Translations under genes and position numbers: made by a program
The notes under the pieces: generated by a model
The model's database searches: none
What the model was told of the DNA's origin: nothing
What the model saw: only the letters and a program-made list of their open reading frames with translations
From: Candidatus Shapirobacteria bacterium
GTDB lineage: Bacteria > Patescibacteriota > Microgenomatia > UBA12405
Direction of reading: 5' to 3'
DNA length: 64,000 nt
Assembly: GCA_041659325.1 (NCBI GenBank)
Contig: JBAZYN010000003.1
Location: 71,296 to 135,295, forward strand
Shown here: piece by piece, positions 26,925-36,969 of the stretch
Layout of the letters: each line of letters opens with the position of its first letter
Numbering within the stretch: position 1 is the stretch's first letter

Positions 26925-27491
26925 TTAGTTGGTGATGTCCAATTTGACCGAAGGGGCAGTATCGGCACCATCCTGGGCTTGGAAAAATTGTCGTTGTTTG
27001 AAACCAAAAAGATTGGCAAGGAGGCTACCGGGGAAACGAATCACCTTGAGATTGTACTCGGAGACGGTTTCGTTGAACCTTTTTCGTTCGACGGCTATCC
27101 GGTTTTCGGTACCGGCAAGCTCATCCATGAGCCTGACTACCGTAGTGTCGGATTTTAACTCCGGGTAGTTTTCCATAATTACCAAAAGACGACCAAGAGA
27201 GCTTTCGACACCGGTGGCGGCGGCAGATTTTTCATCCACTGTTGTGGCGCCGGCATAGCGGGAACGGGCATCGGCAATATCTTTGAAGATGGTTTGTTCC
27301 TGCTTGAGAACACCTTTGACGGATTCTACTAAATTGGGGATAAGATCGAAGCGGCGCTGATACTGGGTTTCGACCTGGGCCCACTGGACGTCGACACTTT
27401 GATTGCCGGTGACGAGACCATTGTAGGCGGAAATTGCCCATAAAAATAAAAACACGGCGATGACACCGAGGACTAATAGACCTTTTTTCAT
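26925..27491 (-). CDS. lemA: LemA family protein
   Basis: N-terminal TM plus YNGLV...QRRFDLIPNLVE... LemA signature. Confidence 0.8.
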   Translation of the reverse strand: MKKGLLVLGVIAVFLFLWAISAYNGLVTGNQSVDVQWAQVETQYQRRFDLIPNLVESVKGVLKQEQTIFKDIADARSRYAGATTVDEKSAAATGVESSLGRLLVIMENYPELKSDTTVVRLMDELAGTENRIAVERKRFNETVSEYNLKVIRFPGSLLANLFGFKQRQFFQAQDGADTAPSVKLDITN

Positions 27492-27495
27492 ATGT

Positions 27496-28164
27496 TTATA
27501 AAAATTTGAAACTTGTAATTAGTTTTTCGCATTCTGATTTGAGGGCGGCATCCGAGTTGTGAATACACTGGATGGTGTAGAACTTATCTTTGTATTTTAC
27601 ATCAACTAGAGTTTGGGCGGAAATGTCGTAGCGGAAAGCAGGTTGGCCAGAGAGAAGGTAACTTCGGGTGTTGTCCAAAACCGGCCGGCCGGGATTTTCC
27701 CAGGACCAATCACTACCGACATGGACGGCGATATTGCCACCAATACGATAGAAAGCAATTCTGTGGCCGGTAGGTTCGGCAATTTTGTATACTTTTCTAT
27801 CTGACATATAGGAAAGGGTGAACCCATCTTCGGTGCCATCATAGGTCTGAAAAGCGGGGGTGGGCCCGGGGGTTAGGGTGGGAGCCGGGGAATCTTCCGG
27901 CGAAGGAAGTGGCGAAGAGGTGGCGGGGAATTCGGAGGGAGTTTCTGAGACAGAGGGAACAAATTCGGGAGACGGGGTGGCGGATTGCGGGTTTTCCTCG
28001 AAAACGAGGGGAGGTTCGGGCGGAGTAACAATATTATCCTGCGTTGATTTTATTTTGAAAAACAAAAAAATACCGATGAGGGAGAGGATGACAAAAACAG
28101 CAGAAAGGGAGAGATATCTTTTGTTGGATTGAAGCTGATCAAGATTAGCACGACTGGTATCCAT
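27496..28164 (-). CDS. hypothetical membrane-anchored protein with a Pro/Ser/Thr-rich linker
   Basis: TM LSLSAVFVILSLIGIFLFF; PEPPLVFEENPQSATPSPEFVPS... Confidence 0.5.
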   Translation of the reverse strand: MDTSRANLDQLQSNKRYLSLSAVFVILSLIGIFLFFKIKSTQDNIVTPPEPPLVFEENPQSATPSPEFVPSVSETPSEFPATSSPLPSPEDSPAPTLTPGPTPAFQTYDGTEDGFTLSYMSDRKVYKIAEPTGHRIAFYRIGGNIAVHVGSDWSWENPGRPVLDNTRSYLLSGQPAFRYDISAQTLVDVKYKDKFYTIQCIHNSDAALKSECEKLITSFKFL

Positions 28165-28229
28165 CAGTTAATGATACAGAGTCAGGGAAACATTGGCAAG
28201 AGAAACTAGCCTAACGGTATCTTTATTTT

Positions 28230-28481
28230 CTACCCTTTTACCGGCCATACCCCTGGCCCCTTTGGCTGACTATTTTGTGCCTCAGCCTGATTAGCTACCG
28301 GAAGACCGAGTGGTAACAAGCCGGCCCTTGTATCTTCTAGATTAACCGAGTCTGCCCCTTTGACTACCGGTTGCCCGAAAATACTTATAAATACTGTTCC
28401 GTCCGGAGAATTATCAAATTCATCGCGGGTAATTAGTAAAATATCAGCTTGGTTTTGTGGATCCCCTTCTTTCAATGTCAT
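28230..28481 (-). CDS. hypothetical small protein
   Basis: 83-aa ORF divergent from tsaD. Confidence 0.3.
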   Translation of the reverse strand: MTLKEGDPQNQADILLITRDEFDNSPDGTVFISIFGQPVVKGADSVNLEDTRAGLLPLGLPVANQAEAQNSQPKGPGVWPVKG

Positions 28482-28574
28482 AGATAATAATAAAAATAAT
28501 TATTGTTCTGATTATAATGTATGTTATAGGTCTTTGTCAAGAGTATTACCGGCAATGGACGTTTACTACCTTGT

Positions 28575-29783
28575 GTGTTTTTCGATTGGATTTCGCGGGA
28601 AGAGACAAGGCCAGGGCGGTATAATAGGCGGATGATTGTACTGGCAATAGAAACAAGTTGTGACGATACGTGTGCGGCGGTGCTAGAAAATGACCGGATA
28701 TTGTCGAACGTGGTTTCGTCACAAATTAACCTACATGCCCAGTGGGGCGGAGTGGTGCCAGATATTGCCAAAAGGGCGCATATGGAAAGAATTATGCCGG
28801 TGGTGATGACAGCTTTAAAAAGGGCAAAATCCCTCTCGGCTTCGCCGCTTCTCCCTTTGACAAGGGAGATGGAAAAATTGATGAATGAAATTGATGTGAT
28901 TGCGGTGACGGTGGGACCCGGGCTAGCGCCCGCTTTGGGAGTGGGAGTGAATACTGCCAAAGAACTGGCAATAAAATACAAAAAAAAACTGGTGGCGGTA
29001 AACCATGTGGAGGGGCATATTTTGTCCAACCTGGCAAAAAACAGGAAGGGAAAACCGGAGAGAGAGATCGAGTACCCTGCCCTAGTACTGACGGTTTCGG
29101 GAGGACATACCAAGATCATTTTGATGAATCAAAATGATCAATTTTCAATTTCTAATTCTCAATTTTTAAAAAATAAAAAAGTACCAAATAAAATAGGTGG
29201 TTTTCAATATCAGGTTGTTGGAGAAACGCTGGATGATGCGGCGGGAGAGGCACTGGATAAGGCAGCAAAATTGATGGGGCTGGGGTATCCCGGAGGGCCG
29301 ATAATTGAGAGGTTGGCGGAGGGCGGAGACCAGAATTTTCTTGAATTACCCAGACCAATGGCAGACAAAAAGATTCTTGACTACAGTTTTTCGGGGCTGA
29401 AAACTAGCTTTTATTACAAGATTAAGGACTGGCCCAAGGATAAGGTGGCCCAAAATTTGCATGACTTGGCGGCAAGCTATCAGGCGGCAGTGTTTGAGAT
29501 GCTTCTCAGAAAATTTAAACTGGCAATTGAAAAATGTGAGCCAAAAAGTCTGATGGCCTGCGGCGGAGTGATGGCAAATGTGACATTAAGAAAACAATTG
29601 CGGATGTTGGCGAGAAAATTTAAGTTGCCGATTTTTATGCCATATACTAAGATTTTGAATACGGATAATGCCGGGATGATTGGGGTGGCGGGATATTTTA
29701 AGGCAATGAGGGGTGAGTTTGTAAAAGATATTGAAGGTTTGGACAGAAACCCGAGAGCACAATTAACAATTAAATTTTTGTAA
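28575..29783 (+). CDS. tsaD: tRNA N6-adenosine threonylcarbamoyltransferase TsaD
   Basis: MIVLAIETSCDDTCAA (likely true start ~28632), HVEGH, SGGHT, DDAAGEALDKAAKLMGL; contains the repeat-derived insert KSLSASPLLPLTRE and an AT-rich low-complexity insert NQNDQFSISNSQFLKNKKVPNK. Confidence 0.9.
   Translation: MFFDWISREETRPGRYNRRMIVLAIETSCDDTCAAVLENDRILSNVVSSQINLHAQWGGVVPDIAKRAHMERIMPVVMTALKRAKSLSASPLLPLTREMEKLMNEIDVIAVTVGPGLAPALGVGVNTAKELAIKYKKKLVAVNHVEGHILSNLAKNRKGKPEREIEYPALVLTVSGGHTKIILMNQNDQFSISNSQFLKNKKVPNKIGGFQYQVVGETLDDAAGEALDKAAKLMGLGYPGGPIIERLAEGGDQNFLELPRPMADKKILDYSFSGLKTSFYYKIKDWPKDKVAQNLHDLAASYQAAVFEMLLRKFKLAIEKCEPKSLMACGGVMANVTLRKQLRMLARKFKLPIFMPYTKILNTDNAGMIGVAGYFKAMRGEFVKDIEGLDRNPRAQLTIKFL
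28827..28870. repeat. Palindromic repeat module inserted in frame inside tsaD (opposite orientation to the valS copy)
   Basis: 44/44 identical to 21938-21981. Confidence 0.9.
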
Positions 29784-29784
29784 T

Positions 29785-30170
29785 CAGTAATCTGTAATTG
29801 GTAATTAAGTCAAAACCCACCCTTTAATTCCCTCCCTTGACCCTCCTACACCATGGCTACGGAGGGGCGAGAGGGAGGGCGGAACATTGCAATCCAAATC
29901 CCTCTAAATCTCCCTTTGACAAGGGAGACTTCAAAAACCCCTCACCCATTCGGGAGCTCCCCTTGACCCGCCTGAGGCGGGTAAACCGGCAGGCAGGCCT
30001 ATCCCCTCCTTTAACCCTCCTACGCCATGGCTACGGAAGGGCGATGGAAAGGGAGAGCACTGCTGATTATCGCGAATGAATAGGGTGTGAGGTGGTTTTG
30101 TATTTATTACCGTAATGATTGCCACGCTACGCTCGCAATGACGCGTGGATCCCAATGACAGTTTGTTGAG
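29785..30170. repeat. Large mosaic repeat block including a partial Rep135 variant (30056-30160)
   Basis: GTAATN hexamers; ccctacaccatggctacggagggg twice; aaatccctctaaatctccctttgacaagggagacttcaaaaacccc (compare 48980); cgcaatgacg. Confidence 0.8.
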
Positions 30171-30241
30171 AAAAAATTTAGCATAGATTTCGGTAAATAT
30201 GCGGTTTATAGGACAATGGTATAATCGGGATAATCGATAAT

Positions 30242-31699
30242 ATGGTGGCAATAATAATTACTTTACTTTATTGGTTTTGGGTGAAGGGCGGGGGCGGATT
30301 TAATTTGGGATTTAGTGCCCTTGGTACGATATTTTTTATATGGCTCTTGGTTAAAAAGGGAGAAATAAGAAAGGATAAATATTTGATAGCTTTGTGGCTG
30401 ATGGGAGTGGCAATAGCCTGGTTTCAGACGTGGAGAAATTTTGAGGGGATAAAAGCTATCAGCGTGGTGACTTTGGTGACGTTGGGCGGGTATTTGTCGG
30501 CTTTAGGGAAACAGCCAAAGGCGATAATTGATCTTCAGAGAATAGTGGGCAGTGCCCTCAAAACTATTCCGGATTTTTTTCGGGAACTTTTTGGGTTGGG
30601 GACGAAATTTTTGACAATTAAAGTATTTTCCAAAACCAAGGGAGAGAGATGGAATAAAATACTGGCGGGGGCAATCTTGGCGGTACCGATGGTGCTAGTG
30701 TTTGGAGGATTGTTTTATAGCGCTGATCCGATTTTTGCCAAACTGATAAACAGTATTAGACTGCCGCAGATAAATATTTCGGAAAAATTAATTGGCGATG
30801 TAGTGTCGACAGTAATGGTTTTGGGGATGAGCTTGACGCTGGCTAATTTTCGACTAGCCAAAAGGAGTGAAAACGGCAAAAGGATTAAGGGCGCGGAAGA
30901 GATAACAATTGCCGCCGGGGTAGTGGCGGGATTGTTTTTGGTGTTTTCAGCGATACAAATAAGATACTTTGGAATAAGTAGCGATGAACTAAGGGAAATG
31001 GGGATAATGTATTCGGAATATACCAGAAAGGGCTATGCAGAAATGCTTTTGGCGGCGGGACTGGCGATAGGATTGGTGTTGTGGCTAGATAAGATGAAAA
31101 AGGGAGCGGCAAAAAAAATTGGGCTTGCACTGGTGGCAGAAACGCTTTTGATAGTGATAGCAGCTACAAACAGAAACTATCTTTATCAGGCAGTACACGG
31201 GTTTACCAGAGTTAGGCTGATGGGATTTTTGATGTCGGGATGGATGGGAGCAGCGTTACTTTTGGTGGGGTGGAAAATGGTGAAAAGAAAATCGGATAAT
31301 AGATTTTTTAGGGCGATAATTGGGGTAACGGTGGCGACAGTGCTTCTGGCCAATATAGCCAACATTGACCGAATGGTGGTGAAAAACAGACTGCCGAATT
31401 TGGGATATGGGATTGACTATATATATGTTTCGGAATTGTCGTATGACGCACATGAGATTTGGCCGTGGCTACTGGACGAAACAGATGAAAAATTGAGAGG
31501 CGCGCCGGAGAGACGGTGGGTTTACTATGGCCTGAGAGCAAAGGCTGATAGACTAAAGGGCGAGAGGGAGCGTAATTTCGCAAACTGGGCGGGGTGGAAC
31601 GGGACGGCAGTAGAGGCGGAAAAAACAATGGAAAAATTAAGAGAGAGGTTGGACGAAGAGGCAAAAGAAATTGTAATTTCGAAAGAAAGTGAAACATAA
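30242..31699 (+). CDS. hypothetical polytopic membrane protein
   Basis: About 10 TM helices and a charged C-terminal cytoplasmic tail. Confidence 0.5.
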   Translation: MVAIIITLLYWFWVKGGGGFNLGFSALGTIFFIWLLVKKGEIRKDKYLIALWLMGVAIAWFQTWRNFEGIKAISVVTLVTLGGYLSALGKQPKAIIDLQRIVGSALKTIPDFFRELFGLGTKFLTIKVFSKTKGERWNKILAGAILAVPMVLVFGGLFYSADPIFAKLINSIRLPQINISEKLIGDVVSTVMVLGMSLTLANFRLAKRSENGKRIKGAEEITIAAGVVAGLFLVFSAIQIRYFGISSDELREMGIMYSEYTRKGYAEMLLAAGLAIGLVLWLDKMKKGAAKKIGLALVAETLLIVIAATNRNYLYQAVHGFTRVRLMGFLMSGWMGAALLLVGWKMVKRKSDNRFFRAIIGVTVATVLLANIANIDRMVVKNRLPNLGYGIDYIYVSELSYDAHEIWPWLLDETDEKLRGAPERRWVYYGLRAKADRLKGERERNFANWAGWNGTAVEAEKTMEKLRERLDEEAKEIVISKESET

Positions 31700-33206
31700 A
31701 TTGATATTTTGGATAATTCCCCCACTTGCGGCTTGGATGGCGATTTACGGAATGGTGGCGATCAGATCGCCTTGGAACAGTGATTTTATGTCGATGATAC
31801 TGGTAGTGAAAGAACTGTTTAGGAGCAAGGTTTATTTGTCGCCGGATACATTTTTGATTAAATACCCTATCGTGTGGCTGGTGTCTGCCTTTGTGGAATA
31901 CGGGAGAAAATATATGTGGCTTTTACAAATGGCAAACGGGGCGGTGATGATTGCCGGGTTTGGGTGGTATTTTGCGGATTATGCAGGCCGATTTGTAAGT
32001 AAAAAAATGACCGGGGCGGCAGTGGCGGCGGGACTGTTTTATATGGCGACAATGTCGGCAGCGTTTTTCGGGTTTACGGTTCACCCGTTTTTGAGAAATG
32101 CCGAAATTGCTCTAATGCTTTTGTTTTTGATGGTTTTCAGAAAATCTAAATTGTGGAGCCTGCCGATTTTGATAATAATGCTTTTAAATGATGCCTATTT
32201 TACCTTTGTATTTGTAATACCTTTGGCGGTATGTGAAATAATTGGGGCATCTATTAAGAAAAAGGATTTGAGCGTTAGTAGAGGGTTTGGGCTTCTGGCG
32301 GCGGGGACAGTTTTGACCTACTTTTTGAGAGATCGGATAATTAACCGAACGCCGTATTTTTTGATATATGAGGAGATAGCGGCATTTCGGGATTGGAACT
32401 CGGTGGGGACGACAATTTCTTTGATGCTTCAGGGCTTGATTGATCTGACGGGGGCAAACTTTTTTGAACAAAAGTTTTATACCAGTATGGCATTGACGGC
32501 GGTGATGGGCGGAGGACTGGCAATATTAGCGGTGGTTGGGTTAGTAAAATTGTTTGTTGACGGAACAAAAAAGAGCCAAGTGGAGATGATGCTACCATTG
32601 ACATCTTCGCTAATAACTATAGCGGTGTCACTGCTATCGACCAGATATGGGAGTCGGGAAGCGGGACGATATTTGGTAATTATTTGTTTTTGGTTGCCCT
32701 TTGGGCTTTTGTATTGGCTCCAGTCAATCAGAAACTTTAAAAGGCTGTTTTGGGTATTGGTGCTGGGAATTTTTTTAATATGCGCTTTTAAAGCCAGAAC
32801 AATTTTGATTGAAAACCGAAGAAATGATTTTTGGAGGGACAATTTTTATAATCTGGAACTGGTAAGTTTTTTGAAGAAAAATGATTTGAAATACGGGTAC
32901 GCCGGATTTTGGAGCTCGGGAATTTCAACATTTTTGGCCAAAGAAGAGGTAAGGGTTAGGCAGGTGGGATGCGAAGCTAGTAGAATCGGCGCACAAACAT
33001 GGGTGGTTTCGGACAGTTGGTATAAGACTGATTATTATTTTGGACCCTCATTTATACTCATAGGTTCGTATGGAAACGATAGAGATACTTTTATCGAATG
33101 TGATGAAAAGGCGGTTTTGAAACAGTTCGGGGAGCCACAAAAAGTGCTGGAATACGAGAAAGATAAGATATATGTGTATGACTATAATGTAGCGGAGAGG
33201 TTTTGA
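31689..33206 (+). CDS. polytopic membrane protein, possibly a GT-C-type glycosyltransferase
   Basis: Many TM helices followed by a ~120-aa C-terminal soluble domain; overlaps the previous gene by 11 nt. Confidence 0.35.
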   Translation: MKHKLIFWIIPPLAAWMAIYGMVAIRSPWNSDFMSMILVVKELFRSKVYLSPDTFLIKYPIVWLVSAFVEYGRKYMWLLQMANGAVMIAGFGWYFADYAGRFVSKKMTGAAVAAGLFYMATMSAAFFGFTVHPFLRNAEIALMLLFLMVFRKSKLWSLPILIIMLLNDAYFTFVFVIPLAVCEIIGASIKKKDLSVSRGFGLLAAGTVLTYFLRDRIINRTPYFLIYEEIAAFRDWNSVGTTISLMLQGLIDLTGANFFEQKFYTSMALTAVMGGGLAILAVVGLVKLFVDGTKKSQVEMMLPLTSSLITIAVSLLSTRYGSREAGRYLVIICFWLPFGLLYWLQSIRNFKRLFWVLVLGIFLICAFKARTILIENRRNDFWRDNFYNLELVSFLKKNDLKYGYAGFWSSGISTFLAKEEVRVRQVGCEASRIGAQTWVVSDSWYKTDYYFGPSFILIGSYGNDRDTFIECDEKAVLKQFGEPQKVLEYEKDKIYVYDYNVAERF

Positions 33207-33269
33207 AGAGACAGTAGGGACGGGATTGTGATAGACTGGGATTAATTATTAATTAATTTTAATTATAAT

Positions 33270-34319
33270 ATGCGTATTTTGGACAGATTTAAGTCACAAC
33301 CAGCGCCAGGGAAATCGGCAGAACCGACAACTCCAGTTACAGCAGCGCCAGAAGTTGAGACGGCATTATCAGCGGCGGCACCGGGACCAGTAATGGTGGA
33401 AAAAGTGGCTCCTGTAGAGGTAACACCTGATTTTGGTATACCCGTTCCGGGGACACCTTTTGGACCACCTATGGAGTTTGCAGAAAGATACTATAGAGCG
33501 GCTGTTGAGGCGGGCAAGATGCCTCCCGAGATTGGAAATAGGTTAGCTATTTTTGCGGATATGTCTCGTGATCTATCCCGCGTTTGGAAGGAAGAACAGG
33601 ATGCGGCAGAAGCCGAGAGATCGGCACGCCACCCGTTTAAGGTACTGGAGGACGCCCTGGTTGAAGGAACCAGAAGGCAGTATGGGGCACTTAATCAAGA
33701 ACCATACCGAAGAAGTATTGCCAGAGAATTACCCCAAATATTCGCACAGTTAAAAAGACAGTATGATCAAGAAAGATTGGTAGGAGGGAACGCTTCGGAT
33801 GCGGAAATATTGGACCGGGCAATGGCCTCCGAGGGGGTTCATACCACCCTAGACGTGGCCATGTTGGTGGAAGGTTACCCGCAAGGTTCTTTGGGGAATG
33901 CTAGGTTTCCAATTTCTGAATTACCGGCAATGCTTAAGGCATTAGGAGCTATTCCGGTTGAGGCTCCGGACGCAGAACAGTTCCCGGTTAAGCACGAGAA
34001 CCGATATCTTAAAGAACTTTTGGAGGCCAGAGGCGCAACATCAACCAAGGTTGAAATCCCCTATGGAGGCCAACACGCAGCGGCAACAGAATACACTTGT
34101 CCTACTAGGATTCCGGGTGTTGATGTCGTTGTAGGTATTTTGGATCGATATGCTGATGGTCATGAAGAAGTAGGCGCAAGAGGTTTCCCCATCCATGAAG
34201 GTTTCAAGTTGCAGTTGACGAAACCATTTTTGGCAGAAGCTTTGGGGCTTCAACTTTCAGAAGATACCGGCGCAGAACCGGTACCTGCCAAAGGAAATGA
34301 TATAACGCACGGACGCTAA
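33270..34319 (+). CDS. hypothetical protein (moderately GC-elevated)
   Basis: 349-aa ORF, Ala/Pro-rich N-terminus; no motif recognised. Confidence 0.5.
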   Translation: MRILDRFKSQPAPGKSAEPTTPVTAAPEVETALSAAAPGPVMVEKVAPVEVTPDFGIPVPGTPFGPPMEFAERYYRAAVEAGKMPPEIGNRLAIFADMSRDLSRVWKEEQDAAEAERSARHPFKVLEDALVEGTRRQYGALNQEPYRRSIARELPQIFAQLKRQYDQERLVGGNASDAEILDRAMASEGVHTTLDVAMLVEGYPQGSLGNARFPISELPAMLKALGAIPVEAPDAEQFPVKHENRYLKELLEARGATSTKVEIPYGGQHAAATEYTCPTRIPGVDVVVGILDRYADGHEEVGARGFPIHEGFKLQLTKPFLAEALGLQLSEDTGAEPVPAKGNDITHGR

Positions 34320-34329
34320 GGTGAAGGTT

Positions 34330-34690
34330 TCTGGGTGAAAGAGTAAAGAGAGAATTGAGGGAAAAAAAGTAAGATTGCCGCGTCGTACCGATAATTCGGA
34401 ACTCCTTCCGCCACTGGCCCGCCTCGGCGGGTAAACGGGCAGGCAGGGGAGCAAAATCTACCCCTATCCCCTCCTTTGATGAAAGGAGGGGCACTACTCA
34501 TCATCGTGAATGGATAGAGTGAATGTGAAGATCTCGTATTTCTTGCCCCAAAGATTGCCACTCCGCCAGTTGGCGGATCGCAATGACGGGGAAAAAAGAT
34601 TGCCACGTCGTTCCACTCCTTCCGCCAAAGACGGACAAGTGCAATGACAGGATTTTAAATCTCCCCCTGCCCCTTCTTTGACCCTCCTAC
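34330..34690. repeat. Mosaic repeat block including Rep135 copy 2 (34454-34591) and two gattgccac-hairpin-cgcaatgac modules
   Basis: aaatctacccctatcccctcctttgatgaaaggaggggcactactcatcatcgtgaatggatag...ccgccagttggcggatcgcaatgacgg. Confidence 0.85.
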
Positions 34691-34691
34691 G

Positions 34692-36416
34692 CTAGGGCAA
34701 CGGCGGGCCGCGGCGGAAGACGGCGGCCCAGGGAACAAAATTGCTGGTAAAGGTTTTTTCGTGGATGATCTGGTCATTTCGGGTGACTTTCCAATCGAAG
34801 GCGGTTTTTAGACCGGCAATACGATGCTCGTCCTGGATAACTTTGCCGGCCGGTAGGGTGGGATCGTCGATATAGATATCGGGAGGCGGGGGTTGGCTGC
34901 CCCACTTGCGGTAGTTGGTGATTTCGGTCTTTCTACCATCAGAGGTACCGTAAATTTCGTAGGTTAACGTTTTGTTTTTGCCGTCGTATATATTTTGAAT
35001 GAGGACATAATGGCCAGTATCGTTGACAAATTTGAGGTCGGGACTAGGGATGAAAACGGTAGCATCGTAGCCCGGGGGCATGTCTTCTTCGTAGTAGCCA
35101 ACCCGATAGGCGTGATTGCGGCGCTCGGTAATGTCGACACCGGCATTTAACATAGCCCGGAAAAAAGTGGTGGAAACCTGGCAGATACCGCCGCCGACAT
35201 CGAGCTCGGTCTTGCCGGCCCGGATGATATAGGCTTTTTTGTAACCAGCTTCAAGAGTAACTTCACCCAAAGCTTTGATAAAGGAAAAAGTATCACCGGG
35301 AGCAACCAGAACGCGATTGACAATTGAAGCCCCTTTTTCAATATTGAAATTACGGATAGTGCTTGAACTTTTGAAGGTGGAGGTACCCCGGCCGAGTAGC
35401 TCTTTGATACCCAAATTGTTGACAGATTCAGTTTTGATATTGGGGGCGGAGGCAATAACGGGGATGGATTTGGTAATTACTTTTTCGGCTGAGTCTGTTA
35501 ACTCCGATAATGAGGCTAAAATAGTGGCGGCCAGGGCGGGCTGATCGAGAGTCAAGCCATTTAGGGCCGGGCGGAATTCGGTAACGGTATTGTTTTCAAA
35601 CTTAAAGATGGCATCGACTGGGTCTCGCTTGATACTGGCAGAAAGACTACCGACATAATCGGAGATTTTGTAACGGTTGAACTGGTGGTCGAAATCAAGC
35701 CAGGGGATTAAAACAGAATCGGCCAAAGCTATATTGGAGACTTCACTTGTCAAAAGAAGACTTTTTCCAATTAACTTTTTGGCGAAATCGAGAGTGGCGG
35801 TGATTTGGTCTGCGGCCGGAAGTTCCCCGACGGTAGAAACCGGAATATTCAGGCCGGAAAATTGATAGACAGCGAGGGAGCTACTAATTAACTGTTTAAG
35901 AACCGGCTGATCAACTCTTTGACCGATTTGGCCTTCTTTTACCGTAATTTTTCCCTGGTCATACTGCAACTCGCTGGGAACGAAAGGCTTGTCAATTTGA
36001 CTTGAAAGGTCGGCAAGATATTTGTCCAGACCGTCCTGGTCGTAGCTAATTTCTAAAGTAAAATGCTTGGGGGCAAAAAAATACCGGATATATTGGGGAA
36101 TGCCTTCGTTGAGACGGCGGTATAACATGGTGCTGATAAGCTTGTCTTTGTTGAGAGAAGCGGAGATAGAGGCGGGATTGAGGGTAAATTTTTTGTCGGC
36201 GGCCAAAAGAGTCAGCGGCCGGCCGAATTCAAAATCGGTATCGAGCCGGGTGGTGATTTCTTCACGGCTGAGGCCGGAATAATCTTTGTCTAAAAGAAAG
36301 GTATTTTCCGCAGTTTTACCGTAATTGATGATAATCGGGGAAAGCAGGAGGGTACAAAAAACAAGGATGAGACCAAGGATGGATAATATCTGATAATTTA
36401 TTTTAATTTTTAGCAT
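34692..36416 (-). CDS. VanW family protein
   Basis: N-terminal TM; VanW core ...GGGICQVSTTFFRAMLNAGVDITERRNHAYRVGYY. Confidence 0.8.
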   Translation of the reverse strand: MLKIKINYQILSILGLILVFCTLLLSPIIINYGKTAENTFLLDKDYSGLSREEITTRLDTDFEFGRPLTLLAADKKFTLNPASISASLNKDKLISTMLYRRLNEGIPQYIRYFFAPKHFTLEISYDQDGLDKYLADLSSQIDKPFVPSELQYDQGKITVKEGQIGQRVDQPVLKQLISSSLAVYQFSGLNIPVSTVGELPAADQITATLDFAKKLIGKSLLLTSEVSNIALADSVLIPWLDFDHQFNRYKISDYVGSLSASIKRDPVDAIFKFENNTVTEFRPALNGLTLDQPALAATILASLSELTDSAEKVITKSIPVIASAPNIKTESVNNLGIKELLGRGTSTFKSSSTIRNFNIEKGASIVNRVLVAPGDTFSFIKALGEVTLEAGYKKAYIIRAGKTELDVGGGICQVSTTFFRAMLNAGVDITERRNHAYRVGYYEEDMPPGYDATVFIPSPDLKFVNDTGHYVLIQNIYDGKNKTLTYEIYGTSDGRKTEITNYRKWGSQPPPPDIYIDDPTLPAGKVIQDEHRIAGLKTAFDWKVTRNDQIIHEKTFTSNFVPWAAVFRRGPPLP

Positions 36417-36826
36417 TGGCGGTCCATGGCCTGATTGGCCAATTCGTCGGCTTTTTGATTAAGCTCGCGGCGAATGTCCTGAAATGAATAAGGCAGAGCA
36501 ATATCCTGAAGCAGATTGATGACGGTACGATAGAAGTCTTTGAGATTTTGGGCTTTTACCTTGTACTGCCCCTGAACCTGGCGGACTAAAAGCTGAGAAT
36601 CGGAGCAAAAAGAAATTTTTTGGATATTGTAGGCATCGCGATTGGCCTTGATCCAGGAGAGGGCACCGATAAGGGCGGAATATTCGGCCTCATTGTTGGT
36701 TTTGATACCCAAAAATTTTGAGTCCTGGAAAATGAGATTATTATTTTCATCTAAAATCACCAGGCCGTAGCCGGAGGGACCGGGATTGCCCCTGGCGCCA
36801 CCATCGGTATAGACGGAAATATGCAT
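36410..36826 (-). CDS. rnhA: ribonuclease HI
   Basis: ISVYTDGGARGNPGPSGYG...SDSQLLV...QKADELAN. Confidence 0.9.
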   Translation of the reverse strand: MHISVYTDGGARGNPGPSGYGLVILDENNNLIFQDSKFLGIKTNNEAEYSALIGALSWIKANRDAYNIQKISFCSDSQLLVRQVQGQYKVKAQNLKDFYRTVINLLQDIALPYSFQDIRRELNQKADELANQAMDRQC

Positions 36827-36834
36827 GTTGGTAA

Positions 36835-36965
36835 TTGGTAACCTGTAATTGGTAACTGGTAATTAAGACAGTTAATTTTAACAGGCAGAATGGGGTTATT
36901 CTATGAGAAGATGGAGGACACTTGTAATCAGTAATCGGCAATCAGTAACCTGTAATTGGGAACTG
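36835..36965. repeat. GTAATN hexamer arrays (two blocks)
   Basis: ggtaattggtaacctgtaattggtaactggtaatt ... gtaatcagtaatcggcaatcagtaacctgtaattgggaactgggaatt. Confidence 0.75.
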
Positions 36966-36969
36966 GGAA

